From Selaginella moellendorffii (taxonomy: Eukaryota > Plantae > Lycopodiophyta), in contig NW_003314263.1 in assembly GCF_000143415.4 (NCBI RefSeq), forward strand, positions 124,001 to 188,000: a stretch of DNA of 64,000 nt, read 5' to 3'. Below are positions 1-13,693 of this stretch, in pieces (position 1 is the stretch's first letter; each line of letters opens with the position of its first letter). A program made the translations under genes and the position numbers. The notes beneath the pieces were generated by a model. It did no database searches and was not told the DNA's origin. It was given only the letters and a program-made list of their open reading frames with translations.

Positions 1-1048
1 AGCTTTGGTTCGGGTTCCTCATGCTTGTGATTTCCTGGAGGATATACAGGACAAGCTTGAGCTGGCAAAATTGAACATGAGGCAAGCTCAAGAACGAGAC
101 AAAAGATTGGCTGATGAGCATCGTCATCATCAAGAGTACAAAGTTGGTGTTTTTGAGTTTTGGTTATAACTTGGATGACATTCCTGAAGAAGGGGAGAAT
201 TGAGTTCTATAGCTGTATTGCTATATGATTTGAGCCGTTTGTTCTATTCTCATTCTCTTGTTTTCCATGACTGTATTGTCATGTGAGAAAGCTGTATTGC
301 TTTCTTTCTTTCATGACCGTTTGTTATGACGTTAGTGTTGTTGTTTGCACATCTTTTCTCCATAGCCGTATTGCCTTGGACTCCCTTCATTTGAGGCTCA
401 TTTAGCTTCTCGAGGCTATCATATGTGGCTGGGTCATGAAGGAGGGGAGAATGACACGAACCACAGGAATATTCTGAGAATATTCCATGGCCTATGGGAT
501 TTAAAGCCGTAACGCCTTAAGGGTTGGGAGATTGGCCTAGGGTTCGCTCTCTTGTTCGTTTCATTCCTCCAAGTGCCATCTAAGGTGGATTAAGTAGAAG
601 GATCTCAGCATTGTATCTCCTCCTCGTGCTACTGCTGGGGGACTTCCAGAGCCATGTCGGACCTGATGGGCCATCCTTGCCGAACATCGGACACCGTTGG
701 TGTCCAATGTTCAGCATGGAGCCCTAGTTGGGGTAATTCTATGTACATTTCTTCATCATCCCCTAGGGACCATACAAATATTGGGCCCACAGCACAACCT
801 ACCATAGCAGATCGCATGATCCAACTCCGTGTCACCACGTTGTGCTGCTGGGTCAGGGGGCTTTTGGACTTGTACATCTGGCTTTCCCTTTGCCTTCAGC
901 ATGGCATGCTAGAGTCTGACCACTCGGAGCACTCTGAGACAATCTAGCAGGTTTATTGTTAAACCTGGGCCAGTTGCGTGTTTCCCAACCGCGGTAGCTT
1001 GGAGCACTGCCCAGCGTGTGTCCCCCAAGACTTTCGGACATAGTGACA
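1..1048 (+). mobile_element. 3' end of a Ty3/gypsy-like LTR retrotransposon: integrase C-terminal remnant, PPT and 3' LTR (452-1048)
   Basis: About 50-150 reads KLELAKLNMRQAQERDKRLADEHRHHQEYKVG, typical of a gypsy integrase tail. Purine tract GAAGGAGGGGAGAA (438-451) is followed directly by TGACAC, and the segment ends GTGACA at 1048. Confidence 0.6.
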
Positions 1049-1120
1049 TATTAAAACTATCATCACCTTTAAAATTATTTCGATTAGGATATTTATATTT
1101 CCATTAAGTAATTTACCATT

Positions 1121-3721
1121 ATGTTTCTATCTTTAATGTTGAAAACAGACAGGGAAGGCCTAGCAAGACTGGTAAGAGCTTGTGGCCACTCAAGAGACCT
1201 TGCTCAAGCCAAACTACTCCATGCAGCCATCCTTGACAGCAGCGAGCACAATCAAGACAGGTACTTAGGTAATTTGCTTGTCCAAATGTATGGTAAGTGT
1301 GGTAGTGTGGCCAAAGCCCGTGAGGTCTTCGACTCAATTGAGCCCAAGAATCAGTTCTCATGGGGAATCATGCTGGAAGCATACGTCCATAACGGGTATC
1401 TCCAGGAATCGAAGTGGATCTTCAGCCAGATGCCCGATAAAAACGTTGTCTCCTACACCGCGATGATCGTGGTGCTCGTCAAATTCGGATGTTTGGAGGA
1501 AGCAAAATCTACGTTTGATGCCATGAGCCAAAGGGATGTTCTTCCTTGGAACGCAATGGTTTCTGCATATGCCCAAAGTGGGCATTTGCTAGAGGCAAAG
1601 AAACTCTTCGATAGCATGCCACAGTGGAACTGCTCGTCGTGGAACGCGCTGCTCGCTGGCTACGCAAGCCAAGGCCTGGCGGCGCAATCTCAAGAAATTT
1701 TTGCCATGATGCCCGAGAGAGATACCGTGTCTTGGAACAGCCTCGGGCAGGCCTACTGCACGGCGGAGGATCTGGCGGGCGCGAAGTGGGCGTTCGATCG
1801 CAACCCAGCTCGCGATGTCATCTCCTGGACGGCGATGGTGGGCGCGCTCGCGCAGGGAGGGGAGACCCGCCATGCGAAGCTCGCGTTCGATCGCATGCCG
1901 CAGTGGAACTTAGTCGCGTGGAACGTGATGATCACGGGGTATGCGCACAGCGGAGACGACGATCAATTTCAATCCAGGTTTGGGCTGCGCCAGATCGCGG
2001 AGCCGGACGTGGGCACCAGCCGCGCGATCGGGGACGCGTATGATTCGTGCGAGAGCTCGATCGAGGAGGTGAAAGAGCTCTTCGACGGCATGAGCGAGAG
2101 GAATCGCTCGTCGTGGAACGCGATGATCTCGGCCTGTGCTCGAGGTGGGCGAGTGGAGGAAGCCGCCCAGATCTTCCACTCCATGCCCGAGTGGGATTCC
2201 ATCTCCTGGAACGCGATGCTGAGAGCTCTGGCCGACAATGCCCGGCTCAAGCAGCTAGAGATCTTCTTCTTCCGTGACATGCCCGTCACCAACGTTGTCT
2301 CGTGGACGGTGCTCATCACGGCGTATGCGCAGGCCGGGTTTGTGGACGAGGCGAGGGTTTTCTTCGAGGAAACGCGAGAGAGGAACGAGGTAACTTGGAG
2401 CGCAATGGTGGCGGCGTATGCTCGGAATGGGTATATGGAGGAAGCCGCGTGTTTGTTTGAAACTATGCCCGGCTGGAACTTGATCTCCTACAACGTCATG
2501 GTCCAGGGGTACGCTCAAGCCGGATCAATCGAGGAATCAAAGCGAGTCTTCGACCGGATGCCCGAGTATAACGTGGTTTCATGCACGTCTTTGCTCGATG
2601 GATATGCCCAGCGCGGCCGTATCGATGAAGCATGGAGGGTTTTCAGTGAAATGGTGGAGAGAGATATCATCTCCTGGAATGCCCTCTTCACGGCTTTGGC
2701 TCAGAACGGGCGGATCGAGCACGCGAAGCTGGCGTTTGAAAAGATGCCAATGAGAAGCATGGTCTCGTGGGCGTCTATGATTGTGGCTTACGCTCAAAAC
2801 GAGAGATTTAGCGAGGCCGAGAAGATGCTGGAGAGCGTGCCCGAGGCACGGAAGTCCTTGTCCTGGATTGCTTTGATCGGGGCTTACTCACAGAGCAGTG
2901 ATCTTCAAGGAGCCGAGGCTGCGTTTCGCAAGATTCCCAACAGAGATGTTGCGTCCTGGAACGTGATGATCGTAGTTCTGGGACAGCGGAAGCATCTCTC
3001 TCGAGCAAAACGCTACTTCGACAGGATGTCTCACTGGAACTTGGTCTCGTGGACGGCCTTGATCGTGGCATTCGCTCAAATTGGGGATGTGAAAGAAGCA
3101 AGGATGGCATTCGACAACCTACCCGAGGAGCCCAACACTGTGACATGGACCGCTCTACTGGCGGCGTATGCCCAAAACGGGCACACCATCCAGGCAAAGG
3201 CTGTGTTTGACGAGATGCCCGAAAGAAATGAGGTCTCCTGGAGTGCAATGAATGCGGCATATGCCCAGGCAGGGCATTTTGATTGCGCCATCAATCTCTT
3301 TCAGGAGATGAACCTCGATGGAGTGAAGCCAAGTGAGATCACCTTTATAAGCGCACTCATCGCTTGCAGCCACAAGGGCATGGTGGAAAAGGCCGTGGAG
3401 TTGTTTGTTTCGATGGTTGGCGATCACGGGTTGAGAGCTGCCAGGGATCACTACTGTTGCATGGTGGATGTTCTTGGGAGAGCTGGGCAGCTCAGGGATG
3501 CGGAGGAGCTGATCGAGAGCATGCCTTTCATGGGCGATGGTGTTGCTTGGGGAACTCTGCTGGGATCTTGCAAGCTTTACAAGGATCCTGACCGAGCCAA
3601 GCGCGTTGCAAAAGAGATGGTGGAAATGAATCCGGGGGATGGTGCTCCGTACGTTCTCCTCACAAGCATTTACTCCGAAGCTGGTAAACAGGATGAGATG
3701 GCTGCTCTTGGAGAAACTTAA
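1121..3721 (+). CDS. PLS-class pentatricopeptide repeat protein with C-terminal E domain and no DYW domain; likely organellar RNA-editing specificity factor, 866 aa, intronless
   Basis: Long run of ~31-aa repeats (A..F..MP..N.VSW.AM..AYAQ.G). L2/S2/E signature ITFISALIACSHKG...HYCCMVDVLGRAGQL..AEELI..MPF...W..LLG.C...PYVLL. Confidence 0.95.
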   Translation: MFLSLMLKTDREGLARLVRACGHSRDLAQAKLLHAAILDSSEHNQDRYLGNLLVQMYGKCGSVAKAREVFDSIEPKNQFSWGIMLEAYVHNGYLQESKWIFSQMPDKNVVSYTAMIVVLVKFGCLEEAKSTFDAMSQRDVLPWNAMVSAYAQSGHLLEAKKLFDSMPQWNCSSWNALLAGYASQGLAAQSQEIFAMMPERDTVSWNSLGQAYCTAEDLAGAKWAFDRNPARDVISWTAMVGALAQGGETRHAKLAFDRMPQWNLVAWNVMITGYAHSGDDDQFQSRFGLRQIAEPDVGTSRAIGDAYDSCESSIEEVKELFDGMSERNRSSWNAMISACARGGRVEEAAQIFHSMPEWDSISWNAMLRALADNARLKQLEIFFFRDMPVTNVVSWTVLITAYAQAGFVDEARVFFEETRERNEVTWSAMVAAYARNGYMEEAACLFETMPGWNLISYNVMVQGYAQAGSIEESKRVFDRMPEYNVVSCTSLLDGYAQRGRIDEAWRVFSEMVERDIISWNALFTALAQNGRIEHAKLAFEKMPMRSMVSWASMIVAYAQNERFSEAEKMLESVPEARKSLSWIALIGAYSQSSDLQGAEAAFRKIPNRDVASWNVMIVVLGQRKHLSRAKRYFDRMSHWNLVSWTALIVAFAQIGDVKEARMAFDNLPEEPNTVTWTALLAAYAQNGHTIQAKAVFDEMPERNEVSWSAMNAAYAQAGHFDCAINLFQEMNLDGVKPSEITFISALIACSHKGMVEKAVELFVSMVGDHGLRAARDHYCCMVDVLGRAGQLRDAEELIESMPFMGDGVAWGTLLGSCKLYKDPDRAKRVAKEMVEMNPGDGAPYVLLTSIYSEAGKQDEMAALGET

Positions 3722-5391
3722 GGGGAGGTAATGATGCACTTGCTTGGCTTACTGTGCACAGCCTCCACAGATTTAACTCTTCCAGGTTGGAGGAAGGTAA
3801 CATAAACTTAGAAATGCTATCCATGATTCTTGCACTTCATGCAATTGGCAAATGTCCATTTGAACGTTCAGTAACATTATAAAGATAAAATGTCATAGAA
3901 GGTGTGTGGTATTCTCTCTTGTACATGCCAAGTTTCACAGATTGTGAATTGAATTGAATCACTTAAAAAAGAGGAGATAACATACATGTAGCATGCCCTT
4001 AACATATGGCATGTCCCATACAAGCACACAATCATGTTTAAATTACAATTATAGCAATTGAAATGTGATAAAAAAAAATGCATCCACACATATGTAAATA
4101 AGACATGCAGCTATATGCAATTATATATTGTTTGTCATATTTTTTTCCATCATAAAATCTATTCCTCTTATATATAACATGTAATTTGTCCATGAGTATC
4201 AACATATGCAGCAAATACTTCAATTAAAGCAAATTGATCAAGTTTGTCTATCAAATTTTACAATTGCCACAAATTTACGACATCTACTACAGAAACTTTA
4301 GAAATTGTACAATTTTCATTGTTAAATTCTACAATCTTGTAGATATACAGCCATATGGCATAATGTAATTCATTTTTAATTTTGTAATATTTGAATGGGC
4401 ATGGAATGGGCATAGTATGACCTATACCCATCCCATGCCCCATTCACTAGACAAGGTTGACAGTAGAGGGTGAATGGCTAGCCCATGAGCTATCTCCTTC
4501 GCCTGTCCTCCTCACAAGCCCTCAAGGGTGCAGTGATCTTGGAAGAAGCACAAGCAAGGGGGGTCAAAAGGTTATATTAACTTAACCTATTTTAAAGACT
4601 CACAGTAGCAATGGTGATTGGTGAGGAACTTCAAGTGAGGTGTAATATAGTTTAAGTGAGGCTAGACTTCTTATCTTTGTTGTTTAGAGTTGAGGATTGC
4701 TCCAAAAGCTAAGAACATGAGACTAGAATGCAAGATAAATTTAGTCTAAGATTGGTGTTGATTCAAATCAAAGATTTGTACAAAGAGTTTAGCTTTTATA
4801 CTAAACTTTTGCCACCATCGGTAGAAATAGTTTATACCCTCTCTGGCTAACATACCCATAGATAACTAAATAAAAAATCTGTGATTAGACTACTACCTAG
4901 TTGACATGTCTACAAGCTTATCGCATAAGCCCAACCTGCCATCTGTACCTACCATGTCACCAGCCTGGCTTGTGTGTAACCTAAGCCCAAGCCACAGTCC
5001 TTGACCCTAAAAGGACGAGTGTACAAGGCCACTAGGATTATATTCGAGCACATGATAGGAAGGAAGAAGAACGTGAAGAACAAGGATAAGAAAACTAAGA
5101 AGGATTAAAAGATGCTTATGAAAACCTTAAAGCATGATTTGTTGTAAAAAACAAAAGTTTCTAAATATATATTTAAAAACCTATATATAAATGAGTATGG
5201 CCATGCTATATAGATTAAGATGGTTAGCATCTTGGTTTTTATTTTCTTTTTTAGTAGCCAATAATGTTTAGTAGCACTTGCTGTGACAATTTTGCCCTAT
5301 TTATTCTCAAAGTTTATGGATATTATGCATTTTATGTACTTTTTTAAGCCATATGCTCAAACCACCCTTGATGACATTCTTTAATTAACAC

Positions 5392-6279
5392 TGTCATAAT
5401 GTGATTGTGGGTATCGAAAGGTCTTATGGATACTCTTTTCTTATTGTCACAACGGCAGAAGGTTGGTATTGCTAGACCTTTTTTCAATCTCCATCCAAGC
5501 TAATTGAGAAATTAACCTTTATATGTGCACTTGATTAGAAGAGTATAAAGACAGTAAGTGTTATTAATTAAGCATACTAGTTAAAGAAAATCATTTGTTA
5601 ATTTGCACTTGTTAGTGTTAGGAACCTCTGCAATATTGAGTTTGGTCCCTCAATATTTGCTAAATGATAGCTTATTGTGTGCGCCAAGATACCCTTGCTA
5701 TCATGCCCCTTGTGTTGGTCTCGTTTGGTTCCATTAGTTATTTATGGAAAATGTCTAGATTTGCTAATTTGACATATCTATAAAATGTAGAGATTGTTCT
5801 ATATATGATGGTGTTAATCTTGTGTCTAAATTCACAATTTAATGCCATTTTATACTTAGTAAATTTCACACTTCCTAGAGACTAGCTCCTGGTACTAAGG
5901 GTGATTAGGGGTGCCTAAAGGGAGGGGTGGGGGGAGTATGGATTGTGGGGGTAGTGGGTAGGTTAGGCATGGTTGATTAATTTGAGATATAATTTAACTC
6001 CTACTTGTATGTTTGTTCTTCTTCTTTACCTGGCTTGGGTCTAAGCCTAAATTTTATACCATTAACTAGTGAAATACCCATACCTTTGTGTTAGGTTATT
6101 AATATGCCAAAATAACACCATATTTCATTTATCTCCATTTTCCACTTTGATACCCTATGCCCATAAGGCTCTTGGGTAGCTGGGATTAAATTGCAGTTGC
6201 CCAGCTCTGCTTCCTATACAAACGAGAGTTGGCTCACTTGCTAGGGTCATGTTGTGGTGGGTTTAAGTTCCATTCTATA
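5392..6279 (+). mobile_element. Degenerate LTR remnant related to the LTR of the gypsy element at 54679-63962
   Basis: TGTCATAATGTGATTGTGGGTATCGAAAG resembles the LTR start TGTCGC.AATGTGACTT.GGGTATC.AAAG. 5690-5900 aligns with 55090-55300, and CTGGCTTGGGTCTAAGCC at ~6030 matches the LTR interior. The right boundary is approximate. Confidence 0.55.
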
Positions 6280-7759
6280 GTTATCTTATGGTAAATCACC
6301 ATAGGTAAAAGGTGAAAATCACATGCATTATAAACACAATATTATAAGATATTGCCTCTCTCATTTGTAATTATATATGCTTCAACTCCACTTCCTATGA
6401 AGGATGATCCTATTCTAATAGAAGTTGAGTTACTACTATTTATATTCAAATATAAGGATGAAGACATATTTGTGACTGAGATGTTTGTTGCTATATGTTT
6501 AATGAGGTTAACCACACATATCAGTATTGTTAGCATTTATTGAATTGATATCCTCCATTTCTTGGATGGATGCTTTGATGTAGCGCATGTGATCATGGGA
6601 TGAGATTTGGATATACTATCACCGTGGATCCTTGGAACCTTGGGGGATAAATGGGGATAAAATAGCCACTAAGGGCTCTCTCATCAAGCAATTGCCCCTT
6701 TTCTAGTTGGCTTAAGGGGAGAGAGATAAGGTGTGCTATAGTTGGTATCGGAGCAAATGGCACGGTGTAAGTGACTAATTTTTCCATTTTACTTTAGTCA
6801 CTTAACCACACTTCCAACCACTTGGAGGAGTCTCATTCACAACCTCCACAAGTCCCAGTTAGGACTTGGGGCATGCTAGCCCCGAGAATGGCATCCATGC
6901 CACTCAACCTTTGCACTTGGTCTAAGTGCTCCACATGTCCAATCCCATGATCGACACCCCAAGGTACCACCGACATATCGGCCCGTTACGCTGAGGCTAT
7001 ACCTATTCACCTTGGTCACACCGGTGGTCCAACACCACCTACATTGCAATCCCGTCTCTCATAGACTAGGCCATCCATCGATGAGTGATCATCCCAGATC
7101 CACTCCTTAGCATCCTTAGGATGCTCGCAAACTTAGGGAATAACTTTCCCCAATATCTCTTTTTCGGTCCCCACCAAGTCCCTCTCTGTCGATGGCCGTG
7201 TTCACCAACACTGCCACTGGATCAAGGCCCGCAGGCCCGACCTCTAAGTCCAACTGTCCTCTGGGACTTCCTCACTGGGTGACCATGTCCTTTGTCACCA
7301 CACGAGAGGCTACTCCTCTTCCTTTCCACAGTCTGGGATTTTGGGACAACATTTCGGAACACCGTGGCCTTACGCAAGCCTCATGGGTACTTTCCCCGCC
7401 TTTCGCCTTTAGGTGCTTTAGCCATAGGCTTAGAGCGAGGTTCCGTTGAGCCACGACAGGTATCCAAGTAGGTAGTGCCACCCACACTTGGACTGGGAGC
7501 ATCGGCCAGTCGATCTCCCGGGGGAACTAGAGCCGGCTCTTGAACACTTCACCAAGCTACCCCGCTTGTCGGTTTGTGTTCACTTTAGTCTTGGACTTCC
7601 TAGTGGGCAGCTCATCACCCAACACTGTCCGGCCTTCCTGGGCCAAACTGGCCTTTCCTGGCCAAACTGGCTCCATTGCAGTCCTCCCCCTACTATACTT
7701 TTGGAGCTCACCAAACCCCCAGGGTCTGGGAGACGAACGCTTTGGGCTTTCACCCTCTC

Positions 7760-8420
7760 AGACTCGACTCGGACTCGGCCTCGGACTCGGACTCGGACTT
7801 AGTCTCGGACTCGGACTCGGATTCGGACTCGGACTCGGACTCGGCCTCGGTCTCGGTCTCGGTCTCGGTCCTGATCTCGGTCTCGGTCTCGGTCCCGGTC
7901 TCGGTCTTGGTCCTGGTCTCGACTTCGGACTCCATCTCGGGTCCATCTCGGACTTCATCTCGGACTCCATCTCGGGTCCATCTCGGGTCCATCTCGAACT
8001 CCATCTCGGACTCCATCTCGGACTCCACCTCGGACTCCATCTCGGGTCCTTCTCGGACTCCATCTTGGACTCCATCTCGGGTCCATCTCGGGTCCATCTC
8101 GGACTCCATCTCGGACTCCATCTCGGGTCCATCTCGGACTCCATCTCGGACTCCATCTCGGGTACATCTCGGTTCCATCTCGGACTCCATCTCGGGTACA
8201 TCTCGGTTCCATCTCAGACTCCATCTTGGACTCCACCTCGGACTCCATCTCAGGTCCTTCTCGGACTCCATCTTGGACTCCATCTCGGGTCCATCTCGGG
8301 TCCCATCTCGGGTCCATCTCGGGTCCATCTCGGACTCCATCTCGGACTCCATCTCGGGTCCATCTCGAACTCCATCTCGGACTCCATCTCGGGTCCATCT
8401 TGGACTCCATTTCAGACTCC
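7760..8420. repeat. Tandem array inside the family A LTR: (GGACTC)n, (GGTCTC)n, then 11-12-mer CCATCTCGG(ACT/GT) units
   Basis: Directly visible; it produces the stop-free SDSD/GLGL/WSPR pseudo-ORFs. Confidence 0.95.
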
Positions 8421-11400
8421 CACGTGTCATGTGTTGGTCCTTTTGGGTCCCTTTTTGGAGCCTCGCTTATTGCTCTCTTTGTGCTTGTTCCTCGAGCACT
8501 TTGTTGGGAGTTCCACTCCCGCTCTCAACCTTTCAAGGCGGAGCTTTTAGTCCAAACGTGTTACGCTCGTTTAGCTTTCGCTTCGGCCACTACCACATGG
8601 CGCCCCTCCGGCTCCACTTTGGGGCCTAGGGATTTTGTGTCTCACAACTCCACCACCCACAGACGAAGTTTGATGTCCTCATCGAACGGTAAACCCTTTC
8701 ATAAAGTAACACCCACACGTGTTACCATTTCCATCCTTGGCATCTAGCTAATATTTGTCTATGGTTTGACACTAAAGGCTCACCATGCCTTGTCCATCCT
8801 CTAAGGAGCATAGCCCCTCCAACTTAGAGGCTCATTTGACCACTTGTGGTGGTTCTCTCCTTTTATTGATTTAGTTCTCACTAAACCTGTTAGAGACACC
8901 TTCTCTAACTCAACCCCACTACTCATTCTCGAATGATCTCACTTTTCATCGATATAACCCTTGCATTTTGGAACTTTTAATTCTGACTTCTTGAAGTCAA
9001 TTTCCTGGGTGTCTCCGACACCTTGCATTGCACATATTGTGCAACTCCACTTCCCCCTCTTAAGAAGTCCTCTACTCGAGGGCAACATCATCCTCTCTTC
9101 GATTTCGCGCCACCTTTAGCACTAAGTTCCGGTTATCATAATTTGTGCTAGGGCTGTCCACGACTCTATCATTTGGCTACTTTGCCACTCCTTCACTTGG
9201 AGCTTTTACTTCGCCAAATTGGAGCACTTAGGAATCCATCTTTGGAAGTCCACTTCCTTTCCCACAAGCCGTTAGCATTAAACACATTAGTGTTCCTTGG
9301 CTAACTTTGCCATTTGGATCCCTTCCATTAAATTCCATGGCCCAAACTTGGCCACTAGTCCTTTGCTCCTATCCTTGATTGTTGCCCCCAGCAACACAGG
9401 ATCGCTACCTCCATTTTCGAGGTATCCCTTCGGTTCCATAGCAAAGACTCTTCTTTGCCAAGTCTGGAGGATGTTCACTCCTAGTATGTCTCTTTAGCAT
9501 CTTCTGCTATGGGCTCTATCCACGGCCCAACTTCGTGACCCTTCCATGGGTCTTTTATAGAGACTACTTTCCTCGGACTCACTATGCCATCGCACGGACA
9601 CAGCTTATTTCCCTTAGGTGCTCTTCCCACTTGATCACTTTGACCAAGCCACACCATCTTAAATAGTTCAAATCAACATTTTGAACCAGGAACTTCCTTC
9701 CTTAGCCAACCAAGGACCTTGTCCTTATTTGGCCATAAGATCACCTAGTGATCTCACCTTGGCACCTTACCAGAGTTGCCAAGAGGTACTTAGTCTTCTA
9801 GACCTTCAAGTTGTTGACCATAACCCCGAGGGCATCCCCCACACTTGGCGGTGCACCCAAGCTAGCCCTTACGGCCAAGGGTTCATAGCAACTGAGATTA
9901 GGTGTCCCCATCTCATTCACCACGTTCTTGGTGCCCCTTGCACCAAAGCGTTCAAGTTAGATATGCTGAGCTTTCACACTAAGCAATCTAACCGTGCATC
10001 ACGACTCCGAGGCATCCCTCGCTTGGCGGTGTGCCCAAACCAGTCTCCCCACTGAGAGTCCATGACCACCGAGTCATATGAGTGTCCTCATATTCCAAAC
10101 CATCACCACGCCCTAGTGAGTTGGGACTCGAACCCAAGCACTAGAGGGTCGGGACTCAAACCCAACCTCCGTATATGCATCTACGGATGGCATCACACCG
10201 GATGTCTGGCGTGACTCCCCACGCTGGTGCACCAACTTATACTTAAAGCGCGCTACAGATCACAGCTTAGGAACCCAGTTCTTCTGCACTACCAAGTCCT
10301 CTCTTGACATGTCTGTAATCATGCATGGACTCCTCCATGCTCGGCCTCCTAGGCCCCCCTTTGAAGTTGGCTCCTTCAACTAGGGTATTCGTTCCCCCTG
10401 GCTTGCCAATCTCACTTAGCAAGTCATTTGGCCACCGTAACATGGTTCATGCATAAGCGTGAAAGTCCTTAACCATCGACTTTCGTTCAAAGCCCTCTCT
10501 TTGAACACTCGGGAACTACTTCCCTAACCTTGATAGCCTCGCCTCTTGGCAAGCTTCAAAACCACGCTTCTGCTGCGCCACTTTAATTTCGCGCACTCTA
10601 TAAACCATTTACACTTGGACGTCTAAGTACTTATTTACCTAGGAGGAATGTTCAAGGAACTCTGTTCCTTAGCTTGCTAAGGTCTCTCCTTTCACAAGCT
10701 TTCCAATTGCCATATAGTCTAACATGGACAATCCCATGCTTTAGATTCTTCATGGCATCCCAGCTGCTAGTAACAACATGCTTGAGCACCCACTTGATTC
10801 TCCACTCCCAACTTGCATAACCACCTTTGGTCATGCCTGTCAATTCCTATGGTTCGGTTCTATCCTTATATTACTTGCTTTTTGGCCTCATACATTTCCT
10901 TCGGTTATTCTCCTCCAGACTAGGAAGATAGCTTTGCACTTTCTACCATACCTTGGCAAGTATTCATAAGGATGAACCTACTCGACCGCCTAGGGAGTGG
11001 TTCCTCAATTCGGGTTTGCTCACCTTGTAATCTCCTATATTAGGATTACCGTTGCTACTTATGGGCCTTCTTATGCCCATCACTGGCCCCACCAAAATCC
11101 CGTCTTTGGCTTTGTCCGATTTGGGTAGACGGACTTCTCTCGTCACCGCAACCTTGGACATTTGGATAACACCTTCTATCCATCATTTGCTAGGGACTTT
11201 GTCCCTTGGGCATTATCTGTTGCCCTCATGCCACCAAACACCACCTTTTGGTGTTCTAGAGTGTTTGGGTGTCTCAATGATGGTCTCTTTGACAATGAGC
11301 ATTCTCCTTTCGACATTGACTTACTATATCGCAACATAAGCAATTTATCCCCCATAAGGGTATATCTAACATCTTTATCCCAATAAGAAGTCTTAGGTAG

Positions 11401-13693
11401 TTGCCTTTTACCAATTTAACGACTTATTTTGCACCTTTTGCTTAATTGCTTCATAGTTGTCAAGTCTTACAACTCATTGCTGGTGCTTCCACACCTCCAT
11501 CATTATCTGGGTCACCACACTCTAACCGCATGCCTTCCAGCATAGGCTATGCTATTCCCATTTCCATTGGGATTCCTTTAGAATGGGTTCTCATAAACTC
11601 GCCAACTTGACCTCAAGGCAGCATGCCTTGGCACATTCGGTGTCTCCACACCATCGGCTCCACGAGCCTACCTTTATGACACTTCTTACTGGTGTCTAGG
11701 TCTTTTTGCCAAGACCAATATGGTTGTCTCTTATGTTAATTATCCATTAGCACTGCACCATAGAGTTCACACACAACTTTGCGTCAAAGTTGTTTTCTTC
11801 TGGGAAACTCCTTCCCACGACTTTAGCATGGCACCTTCTGCCATCAATGAGATACACACTGCTCTCATGCTTGGATCTCAAGATCCTCCCCATCCTTCGT
11901 GGGGCACCACACACCTCAGTCCAAAAGCTTTCCTCAAGCCCTTAGGATTATACCTTGACTCTATTGGAGTCATTCAACTTTTTGGACTTTGTTAATTTGA
12001 TGACCCATGAGGTCCTACTTTTGAGGTGCTAGCTCATTGGAATACAACTCCTTGTATTCATGTCCTACTCCAAGGACCATCTTTTGCAAGTGTTACTCCG
12101 ATACTTGATTTGGTCTCTTGGGGCAACCTTTTGCCCCTTAGGACCACTTGTTCATGTGATGAGAATACCAACTCATCCTCTGAGTACACCCCTAACTCCT
12201 TGGGTTGTTCCAGCATTTATTAGAGGTAGCCCCGGCTACCATTTCAAGGACTTGTGTCCTCTTCCGTATTTGACCTCCCACGGTCATCAATTCCAATCTC
12301 AAATTTATGAGCACTTGCCTCAACTATGTGAGGATAATCTTATGACTCCTTTATTGTTTTGGAGTCTCTATCTTTCCCGTGATCCCAACTATAGTTGTTT
12401 ACCACAACTACCTTAGTCAATTGGATGAGCCAAATGCTCATCTGGATCACATCCTCAACTCAATGAGGAAAACCTTGCACCGTTCCCAAGATCCCAAAGT
12501 TGTTCCATTAATGGCCCTTTTCTATCCACCACGTTGTCTACAAGTTCACACATGAACTGTAATGGAGAGCCATGTCTTCCCAACCTGCTACTCCTCAAGG
12601 ATAGGCCCACTCCTCGGACCTTTCGATGCCAACACCAATGGTGATATACTTAAGCATCAATAAAAGTCGGACTAAGGAACAGCTCCGATACCAAGTTGTA
12701 AACGACTAATTTTTCCATTTTACTTTAGTCACTTAACCACACCTCCGACCACTTGGAGGAGTCTCATTCACAACCTCCACAAGTCCCAATTAGGACTTGG
12801 GGCATGCTAGCCCCGAGAATGGCATCTATGCCACTCAACCTTTGCACTTGGTCTAAGTGCTCCACGTGTCCGATCCCATGATCGATACCCCAAGGTACCA
12901 CTGATATATCGGCCTGTTACGCTGAGGCCATACCTATTCACCTTGGTCACACCGGTGGTCCAACACCACCTACATTGCAATCCCGTCTCTCATAGACTAG
13001 GCCATCCATCGATGAGTGATCATCCCAGATCCACTCCTTAGCATCCTTAGGATGCTCGCAAACTTAGGGAATAACCTTCCCCAATATCTCTTTTCCGGAC
13101 CCCACCAAGTCCCTCTCTGTCGATGGCCGTGTTCACCAACACTGCCACTGGATCAAGGCCCGCAGGCCCGACCTCTAAGTCCAACTGTCCTCTGGGACTT
13201 CCTCACTAGGTGACCGTGTCCTTTGTCACCACACCAGAGGCTACTCCTCTTCCTTTCCACAATCTGGGATTTTGGGACAACATTTCGGAACACCGTGGCT
13301 TTACGCAAGCCTCATGGGTACTTTCCCCACCTTTCGCCTTTAGGTGCTCTAGCCATGGGCTTAGAGCGAGGTTCCGTTGAGCCACAATAGGTATCCAAGT
13401 AGGTAGTGCCACCCACACTTGGACTAGGAGCATCGGACAGTCGATCTCCCGGGGGAACTAGAGCCGGCTCTTGAACACTTCACCAAGCTACCCCGCTTGT
13501 CGGTTTGTGTTCACTTTAGTCTTGGACTTCCTAGTGGGCAGCTCATCACCCAACACTGGGTCCGGCCTTCCTGGGCCAAACTGGCCTTTCCTGGCCAAAC
13601 TGGTTCCACTGCAGTCCTCCCCCTACTATACTTTTGGAGCTTACCAAACCCCCTAGGGTCTGGGAGACGAACGCTTTGGGCTTTCACCCTCTC

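Noticed and set aside
4395-4445. Imperfect hairpin ATGGGCATGG...CCATGCCCCAT downstream of the PPR gene
   Set aside because: Different arms and spacing from the transposon motif, single occurrence, no supporting structure.
6761-6765. Shared CACGG-like target preference of LTR insertions
   Set aside because: In element orientation the TSDs (CCGTG, ACGGT, CGGTG) differ, and three sites are too few.
7540-8747. Long overlapping ORFs (SDSD, GLGL, WSPR repeats), also at 13497-14648 and 61726-62925
   Set aside because: They arise from stop-free tandem arrays inside LTRs and are open in most frames on both strands.
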